A stretch of DNA of 64,000 nt, from NCBI GenBank assembly GCA_019057865.1, contig JAHLWP010000006.1:32001-96000 (forward strand), given 5' to 3'. This DNA comes from Promethearchaeota archaeon. Lineage in GTDB: Archaea; Asgardarchaeota; Lokiarchaeia; Sigyniarchaeales; SOKP01. Made by a program: the position numbers and the translations under genes. The stretch's first letter is position 1; every line of letters begins with the position of its first letter. Under the pieces are notes generated by a model. It searched no databases. It saw only the letters and a list, made by a program, of their open reading frames with translations, and had not been told where the DNA came from. Of the stretch, positions 31,453 through 40,399 are shown in pieces.

Positions 31453-32052
31453 TTATTTATTAGGTTTTTTACGTTGATTATCTAAGTATTCTTTACGAGT
31501 TTTTGTATCAAGACGATACCATAAAACACCTAATGGAATACATATTACCCAGTTAATTACTAAGTAAATAAAACATATAATACCCCCACCAAGATTAATA
31601 CCAATAATACTAGCACAGTAATGATTATCATATAATGCCTCAACAATCCCAAAATAAAATATCTGTGCTAATAAAATATGATAAGTTGATTTTCCGATCA
31701 GAGAAACCATACCTGCAAATCTATTATCTGATTTTTTGGGCAATAGCATAATTACAAATAGAACTAAAAACGCAGAATAAGGATAAAAGAAATAATTGTA
31801 ATCACCTACTATAAAAGAAAAGCGAATATCATAGAATTGATAAATAATAATGTAAAAAAGACTCAATGGAAATAATATTAACATAAAAAAATTTTGTTTT
31901 GCCAAGATCCTATGATTTTTGGAAAACCACATTCCTAACCCAACAGCAGAGAGATGAAAGAAAATGTTGCAGATAAAAAACCATGCTAAGAAGAGAGTAT
32001 CCCATGAATCAATTCCTTGATAAAAGAAGTAAAAATAAACAAATAATTGCAA
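31453..32052 (-). CDS. Acyltransferase-3 (OafA-like) membrane protein, probably N-terminally truncated
   Basis: Multi-TM; IGKSTYHILLAQ resembles the family G..SY.IYL.H motif; only 199 aa. Confidence 0.55.
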   Translation of the reverse strand: MQLFVYFYFFYQGIDSWDTLFLAWFFICNIFFHLSAVGLGMWFSKNHRILAKQNFFMLILFPLSLFYIIIYQFYDIRFSFIVGDYNYFFYPYSAFLVLFVIMLLPKKSDNRFAGMVSLIGKSTYHILLAQIFYFGIVEALYDNHYCASIIGINLGGGIICFIYLVINWVICIPLGVLWYRLDTKTRKEYLDNQRKKPNK

Positions 32053-32098
32053 TCACTTATTTTTTTGGATATTTCAAAAAAAGAGAACTTTTAAAAAT

Positions 32099-32581
32099 TT
32101 ATTCAGAAATTATCTCGAATACCATTTTCTCGATTATGGGCTTCTTTGTATAACGCTTATCGTAATACCATCCTACAAGATGTGCCTTTTGTTCTTTCTC
32201 TGGAATGGGAGGGATGACAATTATCATTACACCGTTGGACAAGTATTTTAGGATTCTCTTGTCAATAGCATGTAGCTTGTCTGAACCGCTCGGATGACTA
32301 TGGAATTGCCAGACAATGTCAACACCGAGTTCTTGTTTAAATTTCCGCATATTATAAATTTTGGATTTTTTATAACGCATCCAGCTCCTTGGTTTCACAT
32401 GAACTTTTGATTTTCTTAGATCGGGATTCATAATAAATTTTGTGCAAATTCCGAAGTTTTCTTTACGCTCTGCGAACAACCACCCATGAACTATCATGGG
32501 ATACTCATCTGCAGCTTTCTGGGCTATTTCCTTGAACAAACTCTCAGGTATTAAATAGCGAAAATCTTTTGCTCCACTCAT
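32099..32581 (-). CDS. JAB/MPN-domain protein with atypical JAMM motif
   Basis: IVWQFHSHPSGSDKLHAID; YP.IVHGWLF. Confidence 0.75.
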   Translation of the reverse strand: MSGAKDFRYLIPESLFKEIAQKAADEYPMIVHGWLFAERKENFGICTKFIMNPDLRKSKVHVKPRSWMRYKKSKIYNMRKFKQELGVDIVWQFHSHPSGSDKLHAIDKRILKYLSNGVMIIVIPPIPEKEQKAHLVGWYYDKRYTKKPIIEKMVFEIISE

Positions 32582-32733
32582 TTTATCACCATCTCAATTA
32601 TGGGTCAATGAAGAATAGAATTTATATTTTTCTTTAAATACAAGAAGAAAATAAAAATAAAATAGAAAAAACAAAAAAAAATTTATTTTATTGAATACTC
32701 TAGTTTAATACAAAAAATTTAATTCGTAATATG

Positions 32734-32835
32734 GCACCTGTAGCCTAGTTGGTAAGACGCCGGCCTTGAGTATTTGAAGCATTCAAGTAAGCCGGTGCGC
32801 GTAAGCGCTCGGGGGTTCGAGTCCCTCCAGGTGCG
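32734..32835 (+). tRNA. tRNA-Ser(TGA) with 19-nt intron at 37/38 (32771-32789)
   Basis: GCACCTG/CAGGTGC acceptor, CCGGC-CT-TGA-G[intron]A-GCCGG, CTTG/CAAG central helix, long variable arm. Confidence 0.9.
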
Positions 32836-32855
32836 CTCTTAATAATAAAAATCAT

Positions 32856-32957
32856 GGGCTATTGGCGCAGGCAGGTAGCGCAACCGGCTCTTAAGCGGGA
32901 ATTATAAGTTCTGCAGAAGAAACCGGCAGGTCGGGGGTTCAAATCCCTCATAGCCCG
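32856..32957 (+). tRNA. tRNA-Lys(CTT) with ~28-nt intron at 37/38 (32894-32921)
   Basis: GGGCTAT/ATAGCCC acceptor, GCGC D-stem, CCGG-CT-CTT-A[intron]A-CCGG, GTTCAAATC. Confidence 0.88.
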
Positions 32958-32996
32958 TTTCTCCTTAAAAAATTCATAATAAATAGTTAGGATATA

Positions 32997-33929
32997 CTAC
33001 AAGAATTTAAAAACAACTTCAAAATCAGAAAAATCAAACGGTTTTAAAATATATCCATCCGCATTTCCTAAATTTTTCTCAACTTCAGATCCAGGAATAG
33101 CAGTTAAGAAATAAACAGGAATTTCTTTAAATTTTTTATCCTTTTTAATCATATCACAAATTTCATAGCCAGAAATATCAGGCAAGATTATGTCAAGCAA
33201 GATTACTTTAGGCGTACTTATCCTCAATTCCTCTATTCCCTTCGTTCCACTTACCACTCCTTTGCAAGTGAAGCCTTTGCTTTCAAAATAGCTGGTTAAC
33301 AGCCTGATTGTGGCTAAATCATCTTCAATTAATAGGAAATCATATTGAGTTTGAGCTTCCTCTACCTTAATCTTATCGAGAATGTTAATGATCTTATTTT
33401 CAAGAAGCAAACTTTGGTCAAATATGTTTTTAATAGTTGATAAGACTTCCTCATCTAAATCGTCTTTATAATTTTCAAGAAGTAGTTGACTAAATCCCTT
33501 AATACTTGTCAATGGTTCCTTTAATGCATGAGAAATATTAGCAATTGTTTTTTCATCCATTTTATGTATACCTGAGCTAATTATATTGGTTTTTTGCTCA
33601 ATAAAATGATCAACACTATCTCTAATTAGCTTCGAAATAGTAGTATAATTATGATCTCGTATAAATTCTTGCCATTTCTCTTTTGTATCCTCAGCTACAT
33701 ATAAAGAAATTCTCTCTTTATCTCTATCGTAAATTTTTTCACCTTTCAACCATTTTTTAAACCCTTCAGTTATTTTTTCTTGCCAAATTGCGTATTTACC
33801 TGTCTCATCTTCATATTTTTTCATCAATTTATTAGCTTTTTCACTTTTCAAATCAAGTTTGGCAACTTCTTCATCGGACATTATCTGTTTGCTATTATTT
33901 CCTTCCTCGTCCTTTGAAATATAACTCAT
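32997..33929 (-). CDS. Regulator: N-domain + ribbon-helix-helix + HisKA + receiver (no HATPase)
   Basis: RISLYVAEDTKEKW..TISKLIRDSV (RHH); ISHALKEPLTSIKGF (H-box); LIEDD, LLDIILPD, LTA, KPF (REC). Confidence 0.85.
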   Translation of the reverse strand: MSYISKDEEGNNSKQIMSDEEVAKLDLKSEKANKLMKKYEDETGKYAIWQEKITEGFKKWLKGEKIYDRDKERISLYVAEDTKEKWQEFIRDHNYTTISKLIRDSVDHFIEQKTNIISSGIHKMDEKTIANISHALKEPLTSIKGFSQLLLENYKDDLDEEVLSTIKNIFDQSLLLENKIINILDKIKVEEAQTQYDFLLIEDDLATIRLLTSYFESKGFTCKGVVSGTKGIEELRISTPKVILLDIILPDISGYEICDMIKKDKKFKEIPVYFLTAIPGSEVEKNLGNADGYILKPFDFSDFEVVFKFL

Positions 33930-34187
33930 CTCTTAGTTGTATAATTTAATCTATTTAGAATTACAGGATTTTATTATCTATAATTACCAATGTATGGTTT
34001 ATGTGGTAAATTTTTTTTATAAAAATTATATTTAATAATATTTTCTTTATCATTTTTAGTAATTTTTTATCTCTTATTAAATCTTTTTGAATATAATGTT
34101 AATTTAATGTGATCAAAAAATTTTTAGATTATAGATTAGATTATAATGAATTAAACATTTAAAAAAGAAGGAATTCATTTAGAAATT

Positions 34188-35150
34188 TCAATTTTTCACT
34201 TTCTTATCGTTTAAAAGAGTAAATATTGGTTCAAAATCCGAGAAATTAAATGGTTTTAAAATGCATCCATTAGCCTTTCCTAAATTTTTTTCCACTTCAG
34301 ATGCAGCTATCGCGGTTAGGAAATAGACAGGAATATCTTTATATTCATTATCAGATTTAATTGTTTCACAAATTTTATATCCATCTAAATCTGGTAAAAT
34401 TATATCTAATAATATTAGTTTCGGAATTGTATTCCCCAATTCTTCCAATCCTTTAGAACCACTAACAACTCCCTTGCATCTGAAACCTCTGCTTTCAAAG
34501 ATCTGCTTTATTAACTGAATAGTAGAACGGTCATCTTCAATTAATAACACATCATATTCTGTTTCTACTTTAATATTATCTAGAAAGCTAATAATCTTAT
34601 TTTCAAGAAGTATACTCTGGTTAAAAATATTTTTTACAGTATCTAATATCTGATCATTCAATTTATCCTTATAATTCTCAAGAAGTAATTGTGAATATCC
34701 TTTTATTGATGTTAGCGGCTCTTTTAATGCGTGTGAAATGTTAGCAACTCTAATAGGACTAATTTTAAATAAATCGGTTTCATACTGATCCTTCTTGGAT
34801 TCTATAAAGAATTCTACAGCTTTCCTTATCAATTTAGATATTGTAGGTGTCTCATTATTCTTTATATATTTTAACCATTTTTCTTTTGTATCCTCCGTTA
34901 CATATAACGAAATTCGCTCCTTATCTCGTAGATAGATTTTATCTCCTTTTAACCACTTCTTGAATCCTTCTGTTACAAGTCCCCGCCAAACAGCATATTT
35001 CCCTGTGTCTTTTTCATATTGGTTCATTAATTCTTTGATTTTATCACTATTTAAATCTATAACTTCCTCATTTATCTTGTCATTTTCCTTAGAAATACTA
35101 TGATTTTGACTTTCCGCTGCTTTCCGTGTATCTTTCTCCTTGTTATTAAT
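34188..35150 (-). CDS. Paralogous RHH-HisKA-REC regulator, probable ATT start at 35150
   Basis: Same motifs as 32997-33929. The frame stays open and homologous (DLNSDKIKELM vs DLKSEKANKLM) upstream of the ATG at 35027; GGGTGAG precedes ATT. Confidence 0.8.
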   Translation of the reverse strand: MNNKEKDTRKAAESQNHSISKENDKINEEVIDLNSDKIKELMNQYEKDTGKYAVWRGLVTEGFKKWLKGDKIYLRDKERISLYVTEDTKEKWLKYIKNNETPTISKLIRKAVEFFIESKKDQYETDLFKISPIRVANISHALKEPLTSIKGYSQLLLENYKDKLNDQILDTVKNIFNQSILLENKIISFLDNIKVETEYDVLLIEDDRSTIQLIKQIFESRGFRCKGVVSGSKGLEELGNTIPKLILLDIILPDLDGYKICETIKSDNEYKDIPVYFLTAIAASEVEKNLGKANGCILKPFNFSDFEPIFTLLNDKKVKN

Positions 35151-35376
35151 TAATAACTCACCCTAAAAAAAGATGTAAATATTTTTATTACCACAAGTGA
35201 TTTTTTTTTAAACAACTTTATAATAAAAATCGCCTTTTTTAAGTTTTTACACAAACAAAATAGTTAGAGATAATATCATAAAATAAGGTTTTTCTAAAGT
35301 TCAACTTATATTAAAAAAGAGTTTTGAAATAAAGTTTAAAGAAATATGAAGTTAGAAACTAATTGCGGTATTCCAT

Positions 35377-35572
35377 TTAATCTTCTTCTAATCTACTTCC
35401 ACAATGAGAACAAAATTTTGAATCTAGTGTTAGTTATTCTTTCCCACATATAGGACAAAAGCGAGAAATTGCTAATTCTTCTTGAGGTTGAGTTTTTACC
35501 TTCTTTTGAGCCATTTCTTTCCTTATCTGCTTCATTTCCTATGTCTAAATTTTTTATTTTTTCTTCATCCAT
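35377..35572 (-). pseudogene. Decayed small gene: MDEEKIKNLDI leader, frameshift, double Zn ribbon with internal stop
   Basis: FCPICGKE*LTLDSKFCSHCGSRL; TAA at 35434-35436. Confidence 0.65.
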
Positions 35573-36122
35573 ATTATTCTAGATTGTTGTATTTCTTTTT
35601 AGAAAAAATACTCTTTTTCATTTAGCAAGATTTCTTATCGCCGCTTATTATAAAATATTGTGTCTGGATATATAAACACTACTATATTTGTTATCAAAAA
35701 ATTATAATTTGCACATATTATATTTGTTTTTATAAAAAATTGTCTAGTGATCTATGATTTTATGTCGGGAATTGAAATATAGTTCTCGAAATTTTCATGA
35801 AAACTATGATGTAGGTAATATTCTATTTTTAAAATATTTGTATCTAAAATAAATTATAAAATTTACCCTAAAAAAATGATTTTAAGGCATTATGGATAAA
35901 AAATTTTTGTGTGTTATCAATACCAAAAAAAATTTTATAACAAAACATTTAAATACTAGAAAAGTAAATTATATTATATATTTGGACACAAAAAGTTTTT
36001 TATTGTGTGCCAAAAATTTCAGTCAGTCTCTTGTGTGTGTAGGAAATATTAATCTCGTAATAAAAAATAACAACAAATTATTAATGTATTTTATCTAATA
36101 ATTAGGGTTAAGGTAAGAGTTT

Positions 36123-37013
36123 ATGGTTGTAGAAATAAAACCTCAGGCGAGTTTTTGCCCAGAGTGTGGGGGTGGTACGATCTCAGTCCATCAGAGAGGG
36201 GAGATAGTATGTCAGCAATGCGGCTTGGTTATAGCAGAAAAAGAAGTAGATATTTCCCATAGCGGAATAAGGGCGTATTCTAAACAAGAAAAAGATAAGA
36301 AAGAAAGAACTGGATGTCCAATTTCGATTTTGATGCCAGACATAGGGTTAAGTACGATTATCGATCGATCAAAAATTAAGAATCCAGATTTAAGGCGAGC
36401 AGCAAAGTGGAATACGCACTTATCATGGGAAAAGCGGAATATGCTTATTGCGATAACTGAGTTAAAAAGAATTGGTGGGAATTTAAATTTTCCAGAGCGT
36501 GTAAAAAAAGCAGCCGTTCGGTTGTATAAGGAAGTATTTAAGAAAAATTTATTGCGTGGGCGGTCTATTAATGGGATGATCGCGGCATGTGCATATTTTG
36601 TGTGTAAACAAGAAAGGGTTCCGATAACTCTTCAAGAAATCTTAGATGAGGCATCTATAAATGATAATATTGTGAAGAAATGCTATAAAATTTTAGTAAG
36701 AGAATTAAACTTAAAATCTCCTCATGTTGATCCAGTTTCGCTTATTCCAAGGTATTGTGCCGACTTAGGGTTAGACATCAATATAGAAAAGGAAGCAATT
36801 AAAATTTTGAGGAATTTTATTGAGAGGACCTCGATTTGCGGTAAAGATCCGAAAGGTTTATGCGCTGGAGCGATATATTTGGTTGCCAAACTTAAAAATC
36901 ATAAGGTTAGTCAGAAGGATATTTCAAAAATTATCTGTGTTACAGAAGTAACATTACGTTCAAGGTATAAAGAGCTTTTAAAAAATATTAGTTTTACTTT
37001 TCAGGCATCCTAA
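36123..37013 (+). CDS. tfb: Transcription initiation factor IIB paralog
   Basis: CPECG..CQQCG ribbon, RTG.P, LRGRSI, GKDPKGLCAGAIY, VTEVTLRSRYKEL. Confidence 0.93.
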   Translation: MVVEIKPQASFCPECGGGTISVHQRGEIVCQQCGLVIAEKEVDISHSGIRAYSKQEKDKKERTGCPISILMPDIGLSTIIDRSKIKNPDLRRAAKWNTHLSWEKRNMLIAITELKRIGGNLNFPERVKKAAVRLYKEVFKKNLLRGRSINGMIAACAYFVCKQERVPITLQEILDEASINDNIVKKCYKILVRELNLKSPHVDPVSLIPRYCADLGLDINIEKEAIKILRNFIERTSICGKDPKGLCAGAIYLVAKLKNHKVSQKDISKIICVTEVTLRSRYKELLKNISFTFQAS

Positions 37014-37029
37014 TTTATTTTTTCTTAGG

Positions 37030-38124
37030 TTAGATTTCTTCAGAATGCTCTAAAAACCAATTATTTGAATGTTGATAAAATATTTTATAAGCTTCACAAA
37101 AATAGGTTTTTCCAGGGTGAGGATTATCTGGAAAGATTCTATCCTTAATGCAACCTCCATAGCATAATTCCAGCCAGTTACAACTAAGGCAATCTTTGCC
37201 TAGTTTTACTTTAAGCTTTTTGAATGAGTTATCTCTCTTATTTTTTAGATTGCTTAAGTTCTCTTCGAGTATGTTTCCGAGTTTATATGTTTGTTGTACG
37301 AAGAAATCACAGGGATAAACATCTCCATTCCATTCAATTAATAGGTATTCCGCACATTCTTTTTCAATGGTACAGCACCCTTTAGGATGGCCGTGATAAT
37401 ATGCGAGTATACCATTGAACGTTCTTATTGATGCTTGATTAGGATTTTTTTTCCATTTGTCAAAGAGTTGGCATAGAAATTTTCCATATTGAGTTGGATT
37501 TATTGAAAATGATGCCTTTTTTCCATCATCGTCTGCTTCAAGAGCTGGAATAAATTGTAAGTAAGTAAAATCATTATCGAGAAAAAAGTTATAAACTTCT
37601 TTTACCCGATTTATATTAGCTTTACTAATCACACAAAGAATATTGAATTCAACTTTATTTCGTTTAAGGCATTCAGCAGCATTTATTACTTTTTGCCAAA
37701 CAGATTTACCACCAATACTCTTTCTATAGCGATCATGAATATCTTTAGGACCATCAAGACTCAGCCCTATTAAAAAGCGGAAATTATGGAAAAATGTTCC
37801 CCATTCATCGTTGATAAGGATTCCATTAGTTTGAAATGCATTTCCAATAATTTGACCTGTTTTTCCATATTTTTGTTGGAGTGATACTACTTTCTTAAAA
37901 AATTCAAGTCCTGCTAATGTTGGTTCACCACCTTGCCATCCAAATATTGATTCATTAAAGCGAAATTGTAAAAATTGAGCTATCATATGTTCTAATACTT
38001 CATTGCTCATTCGAGGATGATTAATTTTAGGGTATTCATCTGCTACCCTTAAATAGAAGCAATAATTACATCTTAAATTACAATCAAAGGATACAGGTTT
38101 TATAAGTAATTGAAATGGCTTCAC
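37030..38124 (-). CDS. Anaerobic sulfatase maturase-family radical SAM/SPASM protein
   Basis: CNLRCNYC, WQGGEPTL, GDVYPCDFFV, CLSC..CYGGCIKDR. Confidence 0.9.
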   Translation of the reverse strand: MKPFQLLIKPVSFDCNLRCNYCFYLRVADEYPKINHPRMSNEVLEHMIAQFLQFRFNESIFGWQGGEPTLAGLEFFKKVVSLQQKYGKTGQIIGNAFQTNGILINDEWGTFFHNFRFLIGLSLDGPKDIHDRYRKSIGGKSVWQKVINAAECLKRNKVEFNILCVISKANINRVKEVYNFFLDNDFTYLQFIPALEADDDGKKASFSINPTQYGKFLCQLFDKWKKNPNQASIRTFNGILAYYHGHPKGCCTIEKECAEYLLIEWNGDVYPCDFFVQQTYKLGNILEENLSNLKNKRDNSFKKLKVKLGKDCLSCNWLELCYGGCIKDRIFPDNPHPGKTYFCEAYKIFYQHSNNWFLEHSEEI

Positions 38125-38205
38125 TTTGATATAATAAAATTAGGGGATAAAAATAATTTAACTTTTTATAAAAAAGTATTAAATAATCAGAATGTAAAGG
38201 TTAAT

Positions 38206-38934
38206 TTAGTTTTGATGACCTGTTCGACGTGCTGCAATCTGCCCAACCTTTCTTCCGGGAGGGGCATTCCGTGAAGTAGTAGTAGGTTTGTGGGGAGATT
38301 GCTTAGCACCTCCGCCATATGGGTGAGATACTGCATTCATGGCGACTCCTCTAACTACTGGCCATTTTATAGCTTTTGATCTTTTATAGTGAAATTTATT
38401 TCCTGCTTTGAGGAAGGGTTTGTCTGTACGACCTCCACCAGCAACTACACCAACGGTAGCTAAGCATGTCTCATTAATCCATTTGGTTTTCTTTGAACGA
38501 AAAAGCACTTCAACTTTATTGCCAGATTTATTTCTTACTGTCGCCCCAACACCAGAAGCTCTCGCGAATTTTCCACCATCTTGGGGTGTTGATTCAATAT
38601 TAAATACTAATGTTCCTAAGGGCATCTTTTTTAGGGGCAAAATATTTCCAACTTCAACTACTTGACCATATCCAGTTTTAGATTGAATAAATTCTTCTCC
38701 TTTATATACTCCTTCCGGAGGAAGCCACAGTCTTTTTTCACCATCATCAAACTGGATTCGTGCTACTGGAGCTCCTCTTCCTGGGGAATGAATAAGTTCT
38801 AATACTTTAAATTTGAATGATTTCTCCTTTTGTTTGAAGGGACGATATTTAACTTGTCCTACATGTCTATGACTTGGGGATCGTGCCCATAGATTTCCTT
38901 GACCTTTTCTTTGTGCTAATATTCGTTTTCCCAT
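38206..38934 (-). CDS. rpl2: Ribosomal protein uL2
   Basis: MGKRILAQRKG, WPVVRGVAMNAVSHPYGGG, PPGRKVGQIAARRTG. Confidence 0.97.
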   Translation of the reverse strand: MGKRILAQRKGQGNLWARSPSHRHVGQVKYRPFKQKEKSFKFKVLELIHSPGRGAPVARIQFDDGEKRLWLPPEGVYKGEEFIQSKTGYGQVVEVGNILPLKKMPLGTLVFNIESTPQDGGKFARASGVGATVRNKSGNKVEVLFRSKKTKWINETCLATVGVVAGGGRTDKPFLKAGNKFHYKRSKAIKWPVVRGVAMNAVSHPYGGGAKQSPHKPTTTSRNAPPGRKVGQIAARRTGHQN

Positions 38935-39037
38935 TTAGTTCACGCAATTTTCTAGATACTTTTTTTAATTAATTAAACTATAAATTTTTTGTTATTTTCC
39001 TTGGTATTTATTCAATCTTCCTAATAATTTTAGTATT

Positions 39038-40396
39038 TTATAATTTCTTATTTTTTAATAATTCATCTATGTTATAATTGAAAGCAATAGGTAATTCTCG
39101 TTCTATGAATTCACCAGCGATATTTGTATACAACAATTCTTTGATTTCTTCAGGGTTGCTTGTTTGTCCTAATACCCATCCGAGTTTAACATATCCAACT
39201 TCTGGTAATAAGTTTCTACCAGGGATAACACCTATATTTTGCAATTCTCTTCCAGTTGAATAGACATTCATTCCTACAAATCCATGTAGTGTCTGCGTTG
39301 TCATAAGAATGGTTATGCCCTCTTGGATCGCCCTTTTTATTGAATCATAAATAATTGTACCTGCGTGGCCAAGTCCTGTTCCTGCGAGTACAATCCCTTT
39401 ATATCCTTTATCTATATAGAATTCTATTTGTTCGTTTTCTATTCCAGGATAAGAATAGATTAAGGCAACTTTTTTCTCAAAATTAATAAGAGCTTTTGTT
39501 TCAGATTGACTTCTTTTTTTATAATTATCTTTAAACATTTTAATTTTCCTATTTTTAACCATTCCTAAAGGGATATCATCTATTGTTCGAAAAGTATTTC
39601 TATAAGAAGAATGCATTTTTCTAACAAGGGTTCCTCTATGGATCAATCCATAATCATGTGAAGTAGATCCTAACATTGTAACAACAACTTCCGCAATATC
39701 AGAAATTGCCACAGTTGCAGCATTTATAAGATTTAGAGCCGCATCTGAAGAAGGTCTATCTGAGCTTCTTTGGCTACCAACCAAAACTACGGGGATAGAT
39801 AAATCTTTTAGCATGAAAGATAGTGCTGCTGAAGTAAAACTCATTGTATCGGTTCCATGTCCGATTATAATTCCATCTATACCAGAATTAGCGGCATCTT
39901 TAACCTTTCCTGCTAATTTTTGCCAATATTCTGCTTTCATATTCTCTGATAAGATCTCGAACACTAATTCACATTCAAGATTACAAATTTCTGCCAATTC
40001 TGGAACAGCACTAAATAATTCACTAGGTGTAAAAGAAGGGATAACAGCTCCAGTCGTGTAATCTAAGCGTGAAGCAACAGTTCCTCCAGTTCCTAATAAT
40101 TTTAAATTTGGTAAATCTTTGTTTTTTGGAAAACTTTTTTCTGGGATTTTATACTTTGCTTCTCTTTTTCCAATTTTTTTGATATCTTGTATATCAGAGA
40201 TATTAATCCCAACGTTATAATTATTCTCTAGCTTGATTTCAATATAATCAAGAGAAGCATATTCACTGCGAGGTAGTAAAATTCCTTCTAAAGTTGTTTT
40301 ATCAGTTTTTACTTGAATAATATCCCATATTTCAATTTTGAAATTTGTTAATAATTCTCTTGCTTTCTCTTTATAACCTTTTAACTTATCATCCAT
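39038..40396 (-). CDS. gatD: Glu-tRNA(Gln) amidotransferase subunit D
   Basis: GTGGTVASRLDY.TGAV, HGTDTM, GSQRSSDRPSSD. Confidence 0.96.
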   Translation of the reverse strand: MDDKLKGYKEKARELLTNFKIEIWDIIQVKTDKTTLEGILLPRSEYASLDYIEIKLENNYNVGINISDIQDIKKIGKREAKYKIPEKSFPKNKDLPNLKLLGTGGTVASRLDYTTGAVIPSFTPSELFSAVPELAEICNLECELVFEILSENMKAEYWQKLAGKVKDAANSGIDGIIIGHGTDTMSFTSAALSFMLKDLSIPVVLVGSQRSSDRPSSDAALNLINAATVAISDIAEVVVTMLGSTSHDYGLIHRGTLVRKMHSSYRNTFRTIDDIPLGMVKNRKIKMFKDNYKKRSQSETKALINFEKKVALIYSYPGIENEQIEFYIDKGYKGIVLAGTGLGHAGTIIYDSIKRAIQEGITILMTTQTLHGFVGMNVYSTGRELQNIGVIPGRNLLPEVGYVKLGWVLGQTSNPEEIKELLYTNIAGEFIERELPIAFNYNIDELLKNKKL

Positions 40397-40399
40397 TTA

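Noticed and set aside
35892-36098. 68-aa ORF upstream of tfb
   Set aside because: Low-complexity AT-rich promoter sequence with no motif.
38206-38934. rpl2 separated from the S10 cluster
   Set aside because: Common in several archaeal lineages; not novel.
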